From Amphiscolops sp. MND2022 (lineage: Eukaryota), in NCBI GenBank assembly GCA_964187785.1, contig OZ076413.1, forward strand, positions 68,262,001-68,326,000: 64,000 nt of DNA. Direction: 5' to 3'. The position numbers were made by a program, and so were the translations under genes. The notes under the pieces were generated by a model. It was given only the letters and a program-made list of their open reading frames with translations. It was not told the DNA's origin and did no database searches. This document shows, one piece after another, positions 1-13,600 of this stretch (positions within the stretch are counted from its first letter, which is position 1; each line of letters begins with the position of its first letter).

Positions 1-1200
1 GCCACTACCCGCCAATGTTGGTTCACAACTCATTGACAACGTCTTCCATAATACAAAATTTTTTCAATTTTTCAGAAGTTGTTCATTTCACACAACTTTC
101 ACAGACTACTTTATATATTTTTTCAAAAAGGCGAAGATTGGATACTTGATTGAATTTGAATCCAATTACATAAACATGTTGTCAAACGATAACTAGAACC
201 GAAATGTCAGTCAAACTTACTTGACCTTTTGACTTTCAAAACTCGCACCAAAGTGAACTGAACCGCACTATAAGAAGTTAACTAAACCGCTTTAGGTAAC
301 GCTCACGCACTCCTTAAGTATAAATCACTCCTCAAACATACAACACACTTTACATAACACCTGAAAACAACAAGATACAAAACATTCAATTCTCCAAATG
401 TGATCTTTGAAACTTTTTTCAAAAACCCGGTTGATTGTGATACCTTAATACATGACCTCAAATGTGTCTTATAGAACTTTCTAGACTTTTTCCTTTTTGA
501 CAAATTGACATATGACATCTTGAAGTTAATTTAATTTATTTAGCAAATGCTCTTACCATCCAGATATTATTACCCACTAACCTATTTAAAAAAGACTCTC
601 AGTAATCTGATATGGCAACCCACTGGTCTCTAATCTATTTAGTGAATGCTTCATCATTTAGATACTAGCCCACTAATCTATAATCGACTTAGCGATGCTA
701 CATCATCTAGACAGTTATTGATGACAGATAAATTTTTGATGAATGTCATGATAAATATCTACTCAGATATTACTTATATCTTTCAAAAGATAGGTTTTCT
801 CTCAGTCTATAACTAGTGAAAGAAATAGAAAGTCATACTCGGAAGACTTAGCTAAGCATCGAAAGAGATCTCTAATAGTATCAATAGCGGCTTCTGCTTA
901 GAAAGAAAGTAACTTCTTATAAAAACATCTAAACATACTTCTACTACACACTAACCTTTAATCTAAGCAGTACAATTGGTGCGATCAAGAAAATATTCAT
1001 CCTTCCTTTCTTTTAACGCCTCTCCTTTTATTGTACACGTTTCATCAACTTCCCCATTCGATATCTTTTTGTCAGACACACTGTATCTCCTCCTCTTGGA
1101 ATAATCTACACCATTTAACATTTCCTTCCAACCAATTTCCTCAGAAAATTGATTCGTGTTGGTACGGTTCTGACTACGTAAACAACGTAATTCCTGTCAG
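1..1200 (+). mobile_element. Highly decayed non-LTR retrotransposon (CR1/L2-like) fragment
   Basis: Frame from base 2 reads ...GSQLIDNVFHN...HTTFTDY, resembling the end of an APE endonuclease (LIDNIF..N...SDH). SWNNLH near 1100 resembles the LINE ORF2 C-terminal WN.LP motif. No RT core recognised between them. Confidence 0.35.
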
Positions 1201-1240
1201 TAAACTTCTACTCCGTTCCAACCACACAAGATATGATACG

Positions 1241-2430
1241 TGTTGGTCGAAACGAAGTTCAATTCAAAAATTGCAAGTTTAATCAAAACAATCGTTTTGA
1301 ATGAATGTTTGACAATTTGTTCATCTTGATATATTACGTATAATTCTAATTCCACGGCACAATCAGCAAAGAACTTCAGTTACATTTAGTTAAAAAATAC
1401 TGCATTGGTGGTTACCATGAATTCAGTTAAAATTTTACTTGACCGCTTACGAGTTAACTGGGGGGGTTAAGTCGGCGACGGGGTTAAAGTTAACAGAGAA
1501 CATCCCATTGTTTTGTCAAATCAGCTATTCAGCCGCTGATCAATTTCAACGTCGCGTATCAAGAAGTTTACAGTTTCAACCGTGGGTGATTTCTATTGGC
1601 TAGTCAGCGTCGCGTACCAGCGGCTTGTATCAAGCACATCGACTCATCGACTCACCAGTTTCGTTCTCAAACTTGTTTTCCAACTGTTACAAACTGAGTC
1701 ACCGTTGCAAGCCGTTATCACGAACCAAATTACAGAAGACATCCAAGTTTTTTGCAGCCGATAAAACTGTCACTCAATCCTAATGGTAAGTTGATAGTTT
1801 TGATAACAAAAACTTTTTTGGTTGAAACGTCGGTTTTGGTTGTTTTATAAATCGATTTTGATTGTTTTATAAAGATTACGCACCAAATAACATAAAATAC
1901 TAAGTTCGATTTTATTTTTTCTGCTCTTTTCTGTTTGGGAATTCACCTTTTATAAATTGGTTTCAATCTTAGGTTTTTATGCAATTTGCTGTTATTTTGT
2001 TTAATATTTTTCTGATAAAAAGATCAGCTTTGTTTCTAGCTTGGTTGTTGTTTACAATTAGGTTCCAATCGTGGTTCTACCAGGAAACATATTTTTTCGT
2101 TTTAGATGGAAAGTTTGGTTCTCATTTTGGGTTTGTTTGTTCAAAAACATACTGACAAACTTAGAATAATTTACGACCAATTTATTCTCAAAAGGTGCAT
2201 TTTCAAGAGGATAGTTCGCTGGGGAGAAAAAACAATTAAAAGTTGGCATATTTTCAATTGAAAAACGTACTTCATTTTGCTTTTTTTAAGTCGAAGTCGA
2301 GGAAAACAGCTGCAAGTACTTTTCTGCAAGATGCAGGGATCAGCACTTCCCAGGGTATTCGAAGCCGTAAAGTCTCTGAGTCAACACCAGAACTCTTCCT
2401 TGGTAAGTCAAAACTTTTCGATTTCATCAA
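1241..2430 (+). repeat. Third, 5'-partial copy of the ZnF-JmjC gene region (upstream sequence, exon 1, intron 1, start of exon 2)
   Basis: Aligns by eye with 4793-~6020 and, from ~1410, with 10371-~11410. ORFs at 1582 and 5143, and at 2243, 5832 and 11228, are homologous. Similarity ends near 2430. Confidence 0.85.
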
Positions 2431-4119
2431 ACATCTGAACGATTGTAACAGCGGGTCAAACTACCTTGACTTGGTTCAATTATTTCCAAATGATACGCTT
2501 TTGTAACAGATTTCAATTTGTTCAGAAAATACTAAAATTTGGTTGTTTTCGAACCTTACGCTTCGCTAAATCACTGTGGAAGACTTCTTTTTTGAAATTT
2601 GTTCGTCCAGCCGGCCAAGAACAAAAGGCATCAAGGGGGCAATACCATGAAACCATTCACTATCTATGTACTGGAAAAAATCCTTCAAATTATCTAATAT
2701 ATGAAAAACTTGAGTAGAGAAAGCAAGTTCACTAATTGAAGGTCTGATTTTATTCAATGGTGATAGAGGCATTACCAATAGAATTCTTGGCCACATAATA
2801 AATTTTCCTTCTTCAAGGGTTTATCAGCCCAATTGTAGCCACTTTCGCCAAAAAGTCTGTGGAACATGGAATTAACATCCCTGAATTCCATATTCGAAAG
2901 ATACTTCAATGGAACGGAAAATTGCGTGTTCCAAATTAGTAACTGACAATTTAGGTTGAAAAAACGGTACAAAACTCCGAAGTTGAAGTAAAATAGCAGC
3001 ATACTGAACTCTGACTTTGTCTGTCATCGGAATACAAAACAGAGGGACAGTAGTATCTAGAATGACCCTTTGTATTATTAACAATTGACAAACACAAGAC
3101 GGAACTGTTTTAATGGTAGTATTACAACGAACATCTTCGATTTTTCCAATTAGATCATCAGGAATGTCTGTCGAGAACAAAAGTGCATACTCTCCAAGCG
3201 CTGATGCAAAGAGGTAGAAATTTGTCCCACAAGGTGACGCAAGTCCTTATTTTCTGGCAAGATTTGGTCAGTATCTGGCAGCGTCTTAAAGGTCCGTTTT
3301 GGCACGTCTTTTTTGGATAGTTGAAGAGAATTTTGGGTATGGATTTCGTTGGGCGTTGAATTTTTCTATATGGTGGTTACAAATATCTCAATGTGGGAGC
3401 GTAGTTTTTTTGGAAATTCCTTCGATTTTGTCTTCATTTTCTAGTTTCCGAATAAATATCGAGTCTCCAATGTGACAATGCGGCGTATTTTCAAACAATT
3501 TTATTATATTTTTTGTGTTTTTATATAAATGTACCTATTCGACAGTAAACATTCGAAGCATTTCTCTTTCCATCATTTGGTTTGTGTTCCATTTCGACTG
3601 GAAAACTCGAAAAGCTATTACTACCAATGAACTGTATAAACTACTACAAAAGTCCCTAAATGTAAGAGTAACATTACAGTGCATAGGCAAGCTAAATCGC
3701 TAGAGACACATTTCTTTGCCTGTAGGCCCTCCGATTCCGCAGACATGTCTTAAAGCGTGGAAATATGGCAATATAGCACTGATTTTGCGGAAACCACGCC
3801 ACGAAAATTGGCGTTTTTCGGAATCCGAGGACATGGGTTAATGCATTGGCCGGTTTCATTTTGCGGAATCCAGGACCAAGAATATGCCGCCAAATGCCGC
3901 CAAGATGCCGACAAATGCGTGTCTTGGTTTCCACAAAATTCATATTAACCAATCAGATGGCTGTAACTTTGAGCGTCTCAGTTTGCACTTACAATTAAAT
4001 TAGCCGAAATTAAACTTAATATGCCAGAGAGAATATAAATCAATTATCAAAAACAAGTCCCAATTAATATCTCACTTTTCGAAAAAATGTCGGCTTCTCT
4101 TCTTTTTATTTTTAAATAG

Positions 4120-4570
4120 ATGCTAAGTTTCCTTCATTACCTTATTATATCATGTTGGAAAACACTTAAACTATTGTGAAATACAAAAGTGAAATACTGC
4201 ATTTCTACAAATTGTAATGAATTATAGTATTTCCTTGAAAAAAATGAAATTTTTATTGAAATAATTGGTGTGGAATCGGCGATATTTTGGTTCCAATCGT
4301 GGCTTCACTTGTAAAGCTTTTTAACGGGGGAAAGGTTTTACAGGTGCTAAGTTTCTTTCATTACTTTACTATATCATGGTGGAATATACTTAGACTATAG
4401 TGAAACTCAATAATGAAATACTACATTTCTACAATTGTAATGAAATTGAGTATTTCTTTGAAAAAAATGAAAAATTTATTGAAATAATTGGTGTGGAATT
4501 GGAGATATTTTGGTTCCAATCGTGGGTTGACTTGTGAGGCTTTTTAACGGGTTAATGGTTTCACAAGGGG
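4120..4570. repeat. Diverged tandem dimer, unit ~225 bp
   Basis: TAAGTTTC(C/T)TTCATTAC...GGTTCCAATCGTGG...TTTTTAACGGG occurs twice in direct succession (~4125 and ~4348). Confidence 0.85.
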
Positions 4571-5249
4571 ATAATAACGAAAAAAGATCCCGAATCGAGA
4601 CAATTACAACAATCCATTTTATGCTTAGTCCTTAAGTTTCAACTGGAACAAATTTAAGATTTTGGAATGAAATTTTTTGAAAACTCCTTCGTACCATCAC
4701 AGCAAATACCATTAGCTGTTTAATTCTTTGTTCAAACTTGGATAAATTTCATCAACTTGCATGGATTGGATTTGAAAGATTTTGGTTTCAATTGTTGGTC
4801 GAAACGAGTTCAATTCAAAAATTGCAAGTTTAATCAAAACGGCTTTTTTGAATGAATGTTTGACAATTTTTTCATCTTGATATATTACATATAATTCTAA
4901 TTCCACGGCACAATCAGCAATGAATTTCAGTTACATTTAGTTGAAAAATACTGCATTTTTATTGGTGGTTACCATGAACTCAGTTAAAGTTTTATTTCAC
5001 CGCTTACGAGTTAACTGGGGGGAGGGGTTAATTCGGCGAGGGGGTTAAAGTTAACAGAGAACATCCCATTGTTTTGTCAAATCCGCTATTCAGCCGCTGA
5101 TCAGTATCAGGGTCGCGTGTCAAGAAGTTTACAGTTCCAACCGTGGGTGATTTCTATTGGCTAGTCAGCGTCGGGTACCAGCGGCTTGTATCAAGCACAT
5201 CGACACATCGACTCACCGGTTTCATTCTCAAACTTGTTTTCCATCTGTT

Positions 5250-8200
5250 ACAAACTGAGTCACCGTTGCAAGCTGTTATCACAAACCAAATTACAGAAGA
5301 CACCCAACTTTTTTGCAGCCGATAAAATTGTCACTCAATCCTAATGGTAAGTTGATAGTTTTGATAACGAAAACTTTTTATAAAGATTAGGCACCAAAAA
5401 TCATAAAATTAAAATTAGTTTCAAATACCAAAAAGAAAATTTCATTTTTATGTTCAGTGGCACCTTTCATTTTCTTTATTTGACACTAAGTTTGATTTTA
5501 TCTTTTCTGCTCTTATGCTGTTTGGGAATTCACTTTTTATAAATTGATTGCAATCTTAGGTATTTTATGTAATTTGCCGTTATTTTGTTTATATTTTTTC
5601 TGATAAAAAGATCAGCTTTGTTTCTATCTTGATTGTTGTTTAAAAAATTGGTTCCAATCGCGGGTCTAATAGGAAACATGTTTTTTTGTTTTAGATGGAA
5701 CTTTTGTTTCTAATTTTGGGTTGGTTTGTTGAAAAACATACTGACAAACTTCGAATAATTTTCCACCAATTTATTCTCAAAAGGTGCATTTTCAAGAAGA
5801 TAGTTCGCTGGGGAGAAAAAACAATTAAAACTTGGCATATTTTCATTTGAAAAACGTACTTCATTATGCGTTTTTTAAGTCGAAGAAGAAGAAAACAGAT
5901 GCAAGTACTTCTCTGCAAGATGCATGTCTCAGCACTTTCCAGGGTATTCGAAACTGCAAGGTCTCTGAATCATCATCAAAATTCTTCCTTGGTAAGTCAG
6001 AAATTTTCAATTTCATCACAAATTTACAGTTTCAAAAAGAAACAATGTTTTTGGAAAGTTCTATTTCAACTAATGAGGGACCCTCCTGGACCATCGGGAA
6101 TTACGTCAACAACCTAATTTACGATTATTAAAAGGAGTGAACTCAACTGAAACGACTAAAAGTGTACCTGAACGTTTCTCTACCTTGCGGCCGTATGATT
6201 TTGCTTTTTAACGTATTTATACTCAGGCCATCTCCGCACAATCGGAACCTCTGACCATTATGCCCCCACAGGAGAAGCCCCCACTGTACATGCTCGCACC
6301 TGCCCTGTGCTGCCAGAAGACAGAAAACGGCAACTCTGTGACGAATTTCGAGATACAACTCCGCCACCTAAAAAAAACGTAAGGATTCCAAATTGCCGTT
6401 TTTGAAATTGTTATTTTTTGACAATTCCAATTAACAAACGACAATCTTCGAATAGTTGCATTGAACTGTTTTGTTGTAACACGTGGAACTGAATTTGATT
6501 TGCGTAAGGATGATAAAAGTCTTCTGTTTATGATTATTTTTTTGATTTTGCACCTCGAATAAGCGGTATTGCTTTGTTTTAAGATCCCCGTGTCCGAATT
6601 GCGACTATGTTGCAGGACGAAAATGGCATTTAACGCGCCATCTTCCGTCATGCAAAAGTGTCAGCAAGCACGAGCAAGTGGCTCAGAATTTGACGTGCGA
6701 GAAGTGTGGTCAGGTTTTCACGACCAAAAAAATGATGACGCAGAAGACCTCAAGGAATTGTAATTTTGTCTTCGACATCAGTCAAAGTTTATTTGGAAAT
6801 AAGATTTCACAAATTTTGTGGTTCCAATCATGGGTCGTTTTAGTTCATGAAAAAATAGTTTTTCTTTTTGACAAAAATGCTTTTAAATTTACAGAAGCCG
6901 CGAAAGGGAAGAGAAGAAGCCCCCACTTTTGCTTTTCGTGTGGGAAGTCCTTTGGGTGCGGATACAGTCTGAGGAACCACATAGCCAGATCATTCCGATG
7001 TCAACTTGACAACCACCGATGCCACTCTATTTGACTTTAAAGTTTGGGACCCCTTCGGCCCCATTGGCAACACGAGAGCACTCCGCATTTTGCAAAAACG
7101 TGCCTCTGGAATGTGGATTTTCCTTTGTTCAGTGGCAGGGACATCATGACAATCAAACTGAACACCTTCTTTCTTCGTCATGGTGTCCCATTGATTTGGA
7201 GAAATGGAGCGAAACACTGTAAAGGACTAAAAATCCCTAAAATATCCGATGAAAAAAGGTTTCGCGACAGAGGGCAAACAACTTCTGCAACCGGCCACCC
7301 TCGCGGAACCTGATGCCCCAAGTGAAATGAAGTCAGCCAAAATCGGATAGGTAAATACAATTTGAACCATGATTAGCTTTGTCAATATTCTGTTTTTCTG
7401 AATGTTTCCAATGAAATGCCTTCGAATTTGAACCGTGTTATGCATTTAGAACAAAACAATTTCTTTCAAAATTGAAAAATCATGACTACACATGTCCTTT
7501 CAAAACATGTCTTCCGCATTGTTTTCTTGAACAATTCGTTTCATACTGAAAATTGGAAGAAACCAGGGCAGTTATATTCTTGCGCAATGTGTATACCGCT
7601 TTGAGTGGAAGTCTGCAATGTATTAGGATTTGTATTTTGTTTCCACTGCACGTGTTTAAAGATATGGTATTGTTTTCCGCATTCACTTCTGACGGAAGGC
7701 GAGTTATATTCAGAATCTGTGGAAACCAAGACATTTGCAAGTTCGCGGAAACAGAGCCTAAAGTTGTTAATCAAATAAAGAGTTTTAAACCCAATTCCGG
7801 AGTCAATGAACGCAAAAATTCATTAGAACCAAGCTATTATCATTCAACACGTTTTGTTACAGGTAAGAGAAATGACGTAAGAAGAGTTTTTCGGTGAGTT
7901 GACCAACTGCGATCCAGAAAACCGAAATCACCCTTTATACGTCATCCTTGCCCTTGTTCTACTTCTTATTATGTCCTGGTCACGCACAATTCTGCGCACA
8001 CGACGTGGCCCCAGGATTATTCTTCGACGTCTGTGTTCTACACTCTTCTAGCTGGAGAGAAGATATTCTTTCTGCTGAAACCGTCGAAGAAAAACCTGAG
8101 CATTTTCGAAGATGGTCGAATGCTGAGAACGACACTACGTAAGTATCAACATTTTCATCTAGCTGACCTTGTCTTCGAAAACACTGTTCTCTTTTCCAAA

Positions 8201-9470
8201 AAACAATTATACTTTTTGGCTACTTTGATAAAAGAAAACGACACCACGGAAGCGTTTAAGGTCATATAACTTTTCTCTCGTTTACTTCTCTTTATGTCAA
8301 AAAAGTCAAAATTAAAGTCGAATTACTTTCAGACCAACATTTTTTGAGAACTTCGATCGGCTGGAAGAGAGATGTTTGCGGTTGCATGTCCAAGCTGGAG
8401 ATGTTCTAGTCATGCCCGCCAACTAACTTCCTCCACTTTGTTCTAACGAAGGACGATGCCATATCTTTGGGAACAAACTTTCTGGCATTCGGACACTTGC
8501 CCATGATAAGGCATTCAATCATCGTCGAGTTACCGAAAAAATCCGATGACAAGTTCCTTGATCTTCCGTAGACATTGGTCCTTCTGATGTACCGTATCGC
8601 GGAAAAACTGTGGCCTCGACTGTGTCGATGCCTTGTGTCACAGTACAGCGCAGTGCAATCATTATACATCGAACAAGCTGCCCGCGAAGTAAGATTTTAA
8701 ACTGTCAGTATTGGTTTTTAACCAAACTTAGTTTTTCTTATTTGAACAACATAGAAACATCTTTCATTTTGGTTCCAATCGAGGGTCGTTTTTTATTTTG
8801 AAAATTTCTGTTTTTGAAAAAGACGTTTGTTTAGTTTTGAACAAAACAGAATTTATCTGTTTCATTTTGGTTCCAATCGAGGGTCTTTTTCTAATTCGAA
8901 AACTTTTGTGTATGAAGAAGTCTTTTCCTATGGTCATTTTCTACATTTACGACTTATATATATCAAGTGAAACACTGCCCGCTGAGTAAAAGTTTGTGAT
9001 TCTACGTCATTAGGTTTATGATACACAAACACTATATCAAGATTATTTGATAAAGTTTTCTGTTCACATTGAAAGTTCGGTTTTTTTCGAAAGTATGAAG
9101 AATTAATTTATATTTTACCAAGCAGCCACCAAGCAGCAGCCGCATTTATATGAACAAGCATGCCGGAAAGAGTGTTGACCCCAGTAAGGCTCTCACAGTA
9201 CCAGCTAATGTGCCCATCGCTGACCCCTACACTAAAACCTATGAAGAAAGGATGACGACAACGGATCTACTAGAACTCGAGTCAACACCGGCAATTATGT
9301 TTACCCATGTCAAAGGAAAGCATGGTAGAACAGTTTTGCCGACACAAACGGTAGATCCGTATTTGCACCAGAAACGTAGCCCCTATGTCGCTGCCACTAC
9401 GGGAAGACGTTCAATCCCCCTTGAACTAGACGTTTTAAATTTGGATCAGTTTCCTTTTCATTTGTATTAG
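5250..9470 (+). pseudogene. C2HC zinc finger x3 + JmjC (KDM7/PHF8-KDM2-like) histone demethylase-like gene, copy 1
   Basis: Spliced frames give CPNCDYVAGRKWHLTRHLPSC, CEKCGQVF and CFSCGKSFGCGYSLRNH, then YVLVTHNSAHTTWPQDYSSTSVFYTLLAGEKIFFLLKPSKKNL (cf. PHF8 [37 protein letters not shown]). GT-AG introns, e.g. 5347-5879 and ~6760-6893. Lesions: HxD His replaced by Pro (8009-8011), a 4-nt AACT duplication at 8421-8428, and stop codons. Confidence 0.8.
7480..7740 (+). repeat. Partial ~165-bp repeat array in a JmjC-gene intron (duplicated at ~12880-13140)
   Basis: Contains CCACTGCACGTGTTTAAAGATATGGTATTGTTTTCCGCATT, homologous to the arrays at 9.7, 15.2, 19.3 and 23.2 kb. Confidence 0.8.
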
Positions 9471-9654
9471 AAAAACACAAATTACCTTACAAGCCGTTTT
9501 ATCCAGTACCAAGCTTAAGTGAGGATGCAAAAAAGAAGAAAAAAATATACACGTTCAAAACATGCTTTGAAACAATTGGGAGATCTAATGCAAAAGTTGC
9601 ACAGAAACTGAAACTTCGTTGTTCTGCTAAAATGTGACACAAATCAGGAGTACA

Positions 9655-10180
9655 CCCCTTCAAGTGAATTTCCGCAATGTATTAAAGTTCGTGTTTGGTT
9701 CCCACTCCATGTGTTTAAAGATATGCCCTTGTTTTCCGCATTGCTTTGAGCAATTCGATTCCTACTGATAAGCGTGGAAACCAGGACACTTATGGTCATC
9801 ACGCGCTATCCTGTGTATACCCCTTTGAGTGAAAGTACGCAATGTATTAGGATTTATGTTTGGTTTCCACGCCATGTGTTTAAAGATATTGCCTTGTTTT
9901 CCGCATTGCTTTCTTTGAGGGAGTCAATTTGTACTGAAAAGCGTGCAAACCAGGACAGTTCAGATTGTCAATTTCGTTTTGGTAAAAATCGAGGGTCGAT
10001 CTTTTAGTGACACGACTGATACATGCATTTAAATGCAAGTAGAAACCACCCTACGACTCTTTTATTCATAAACTACAAAATTTTCATAAAAGGCAAAAAC
10101 TTAACGAAAAAAAAACCTAAAAGTGGCGGATCTTTCCAAAATAATTTGGTTCCAGGACAGTCGAAAGTTCGCTGAAACGG
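9655..10180 (+). repeat. ~165-bp repeat array plus conserved tail module (duplicated at ~15150-15670)
   Basis: (G/A)TGTTTGGTT(C/T)CCAC(T/G)CCATGTGTTTAAAGATAT at 9691 and 9856 (period 165), followed by AATCGAGGGTCGATC...CTACGACTC...TGGTTCCAGGACAGTCGAAAGTTCGCTGAA. Confidence 0.9.
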
Positions 10181-10649
10181 TGCCTTTTTTTACTAAGGAG
10201 CATCACAGGAAACCTAATGCTATGATTTAGGAATTTATTGAAAAGATTCAACAAGTTCGGATAACACTTGAACTAGAAGAGAGCCTTGATACAAAAACAT
10301 TATTGTTTAAAAGTGCCATCACGGTATTTTTCGAGAGCGGCAATTGCAGAAACACCTTCACCCAGTGTGAGTTACCATGAATTCAGTTAAAGTTTTATTT
10401 CACCGCTTACGAGTTAACTGGGGGGTTAATTCGGCTAGGGGGTTAAAGTTAACAGAGAACATCCCATTGTTTTGTCAAATCAGCTATTCAGCCGCTGATC
10501 AATATCAGGTTCGCGTATCAAGAAGTTTACAGTTTCAACCGAGGGTGATTTCTATTGGCTAGTCAGCGTCGCGTACCAGCGGCTTGTATCAAGCACATCG
10601 ACTCATCGACTCACCAGTTTCGTTCTCAAACTTGCTTTCCAACTGTTAC

Positions 10650-13600
10650 AAACTGAGTCACCATTGCAAGCCGTTATCACAAACCAAATTACAGAGGACA
10701 CCCAACTTTTTTGCAGCCTATAAAACTGTCACTCAATCCTAATGGTAAGTTGATAGTTTTGATAACAAAAACTTTTTATGAAGATTAGGCACCAAAAAGC
10801 ATAAAATTGAAATTAGTTTCAAATACGAAAAAGAAAATTTCATTTTTTTGTTTAGTGGCATCTTTCATTTTCGTTATTTGACACAAAGTTTGATTTTTTA
10901 TTTTCTGCTCTTATGCTGTTTGGGAATTCACTTTTCATAAATTGATTCCAATCTTAGGTATTTTATGTAATTTGCCGTTATTTTGTTTATATTTTTTCTG
11001 ATAAAAAGATCAGCTTTTTTTCTATCTTGATTGTTGTTTAAAAAATTGATTCCAATCGCGGGTCTAATAGGAAACATGTTTTTCGTTATAGATGGAACTT
11101 TTGGTTTTAATTTTGGGTTGGTTTGTTCAAAAACATACTGACAAACTTCGAATAATTTTCCACCAATATATTCTCAAAAGGTGCTTTTCAAGAGGATAGT
11201 TCGCTGGGGAGAAAAAACAATTAAAACTTGGCATATTTTCAATTGAAAAACGTACTTCATTATTCGTTTTTTAAGTCGAAGACGAAGAAAACAAATGCAA
11301 GTACTTCTCTGCAAGATGCATGTCTCAGCACTTTCCAGTGTATTCGAAGCTGCAAGGTCTCTGAATCATCATCAAAACTCTTCCTTGGTAAGTCAGAAAT
11401 TTTCAATTTCATCACAAATCTACAGTTTCAAGAAGAAACAATGTTTTTGAAAAGTTCTATTTCATATAATGAGGGACCCTCCGGGACCATCGGGAAATAC
11501 GTCAACAACCTAATATACGATTATTAAAAAGAGTGAACTCAACTGAAACGACTAAAAGTGTACCTGAACGTTTCTCTACCTTGCGGCCGTATGATTTTGC
11601 TTTTTACCGTATTTATACTCAGGCCATCTCCGCACAATCGGAACCTCTGACCATTATGCCCCCACACGAGAAGCCCCCACTGTACATGCTCGCACCTGCC
11701 CTGTGTTGCCAGAAGACAGAAAACGGCAACTCTGTGACGAATTTCGAGATACAACTCCCCCACCTAAAAAAACGTAAAGATTCCAAATTGCCGTTTTTGA
11801 AATTGTTACTTTTTGACAATTCCAATTGACAAACGACAATCTTCGAATAGTTGCATTGAACTGTTTTGTTGTAACACACGGAACTGAATTTGATTTGTGT
11901 AAGAATGGTAAAAGTGTTCTGTTTATGATTATTTTTTTGATTTTGCACCTCGAATAAACGGTATTGCTATGTTTTAGGATCCCCGTGTCCGAATTGCGAC
12001 TATGTTGCAGGACGAAAATGGCATTTAACGCGCCATCTTCCGTCATGCAAAAGTGTCAGCAAGCAGGAGCAAGTGACTCAGAATTTGACGTGCGAGAAGT
12101 GTGGTCAGGTTTTCACGATCAAAAAAAATGATGACGCAGAAGACCTCAAGGATTTGTAATTTTGTCTTCGACATCAGTCAAAGTTTATTTGGAAATAAGA
12201 TTTCACAAATTTTGTGTTTCCAATCATGGGTCGTTTTAGTTCATGAAAAAATAGTTTTTCTTTTTGACAAAAATGCTTTTTAATTTACAGAAGCCGCGAA
12301 AGGGAAGAGAAGAAGCCCCCACTTTTGCTTTTCGTGTGGGAAGTCCTTTGGGTGCGGATACAGTCTGAGGAACCACATAGCCAGATCATTCCGATGTCAA
12401 CTTGACAACCACCGATGCCACTCTATTTGACTTTAAATTTTGGGACTCCTTCGGCTCCATTGGCAACACGAGAGCACTTCGCATTTTGCAAAAACGTGCC
12501 TCTGGAAAGTGGATTTTCCTTTGTTGAGTGGCAGGGACATCATGACAATCAAACCGAACACCTTGGTATTCGTCTTCGTCATGGTGTCCCATTGATTTGG
12601 AGAAATGGAGCGAAACACTGTAAAGGACTAAAAATCCCTAAAATATCCGATGAAAAAAGGTTTCGCGACAGAGGGCAAACAACTTCTGCAACCGGCCACC
12701 CTCGCGGAACCTGATGCCCCAAGTGAAATGAAGTCAGCCAAAATCGGATAGGTAAATACAATTTGAACCATGATTACCTTTGTCAATATTCTGTTTTTCT
12801 GAATGTTTCCAATGAAATGCCTTCGAATTTGAACCGTGTTATGCGTTTAGAACAAAACAATTTCTTTCAAAATTGAAAAATCATGACTACACATGTCCTT
12901 TCAAAACATGTCTTCCGCATTGTTTTCTTGAACAATTCGTTTCATACTGAAAATTGGAAGAAACCAGGGCAGTTATATTCTTGCGCAATGTGTATACCGC
13001 TTTGAGTGGAAGTCTGCAATGTATTAGGATTTGTATTTTGTTTCCACTGCACGTGTTTAAAGATATGGTATTGTTTTCCGCATTCACTTCTGACGGAAGG
13101 CGAGTTATATTCAGAATCTGTGGAAACCAAGACATTTGCAAGTTCGCGGAAACAGAGCCTAAAGTTGTTAATCAAATAAAGAGTTTTAAACCCAATTCCG
13201 GAGTCAATGAACGCAAAAATTCATTAGAACCAAGCTATTATCATTCAACACGTTTTGTTACAGGTAAGAGAAATGACGTAAGAAGAGTTTTCCGGTGAGT
13301 TGACCAACTGCGATCCAGAAAACCGAAATCACCCTTTATACGTCATCCTTGCCCTTGTTCTACTTCTTATTATGTCCTGGTCACGCAAAAATCTGCGCAC
13401 ACGACGTGGCACCAGGATTATTCTTCGGTTCAGTTCTACACTCTTCTAGCTGGAGAGAAGACATTCTTTTTGGTGAAACCGTCAAAGAAAACGCTCAGCA
13501 TTTTTGAAGATAGTCGATTGCTGAAAACGACACTACGTAAGTATCAACATTTTCATCTAGCTGACCTTGTCTTCGAAAACACTGTTCTCTTTTCCAGAAA

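Noticed and set aside
2600-2680. SEWFHG as the start of an SH2 domain
   Set aside because: No following R..AE or FLVRES-type motifs; a six-residue match is not enough.
6223-6651. 142-aa minus-strand ORF (and its 130-aa duplicate at 11654-12046) as a gene
   Set aside because: Antisense to the zinc-finger exons, crosses a plus-strand intron, and its frame is not conserved between the two copies.
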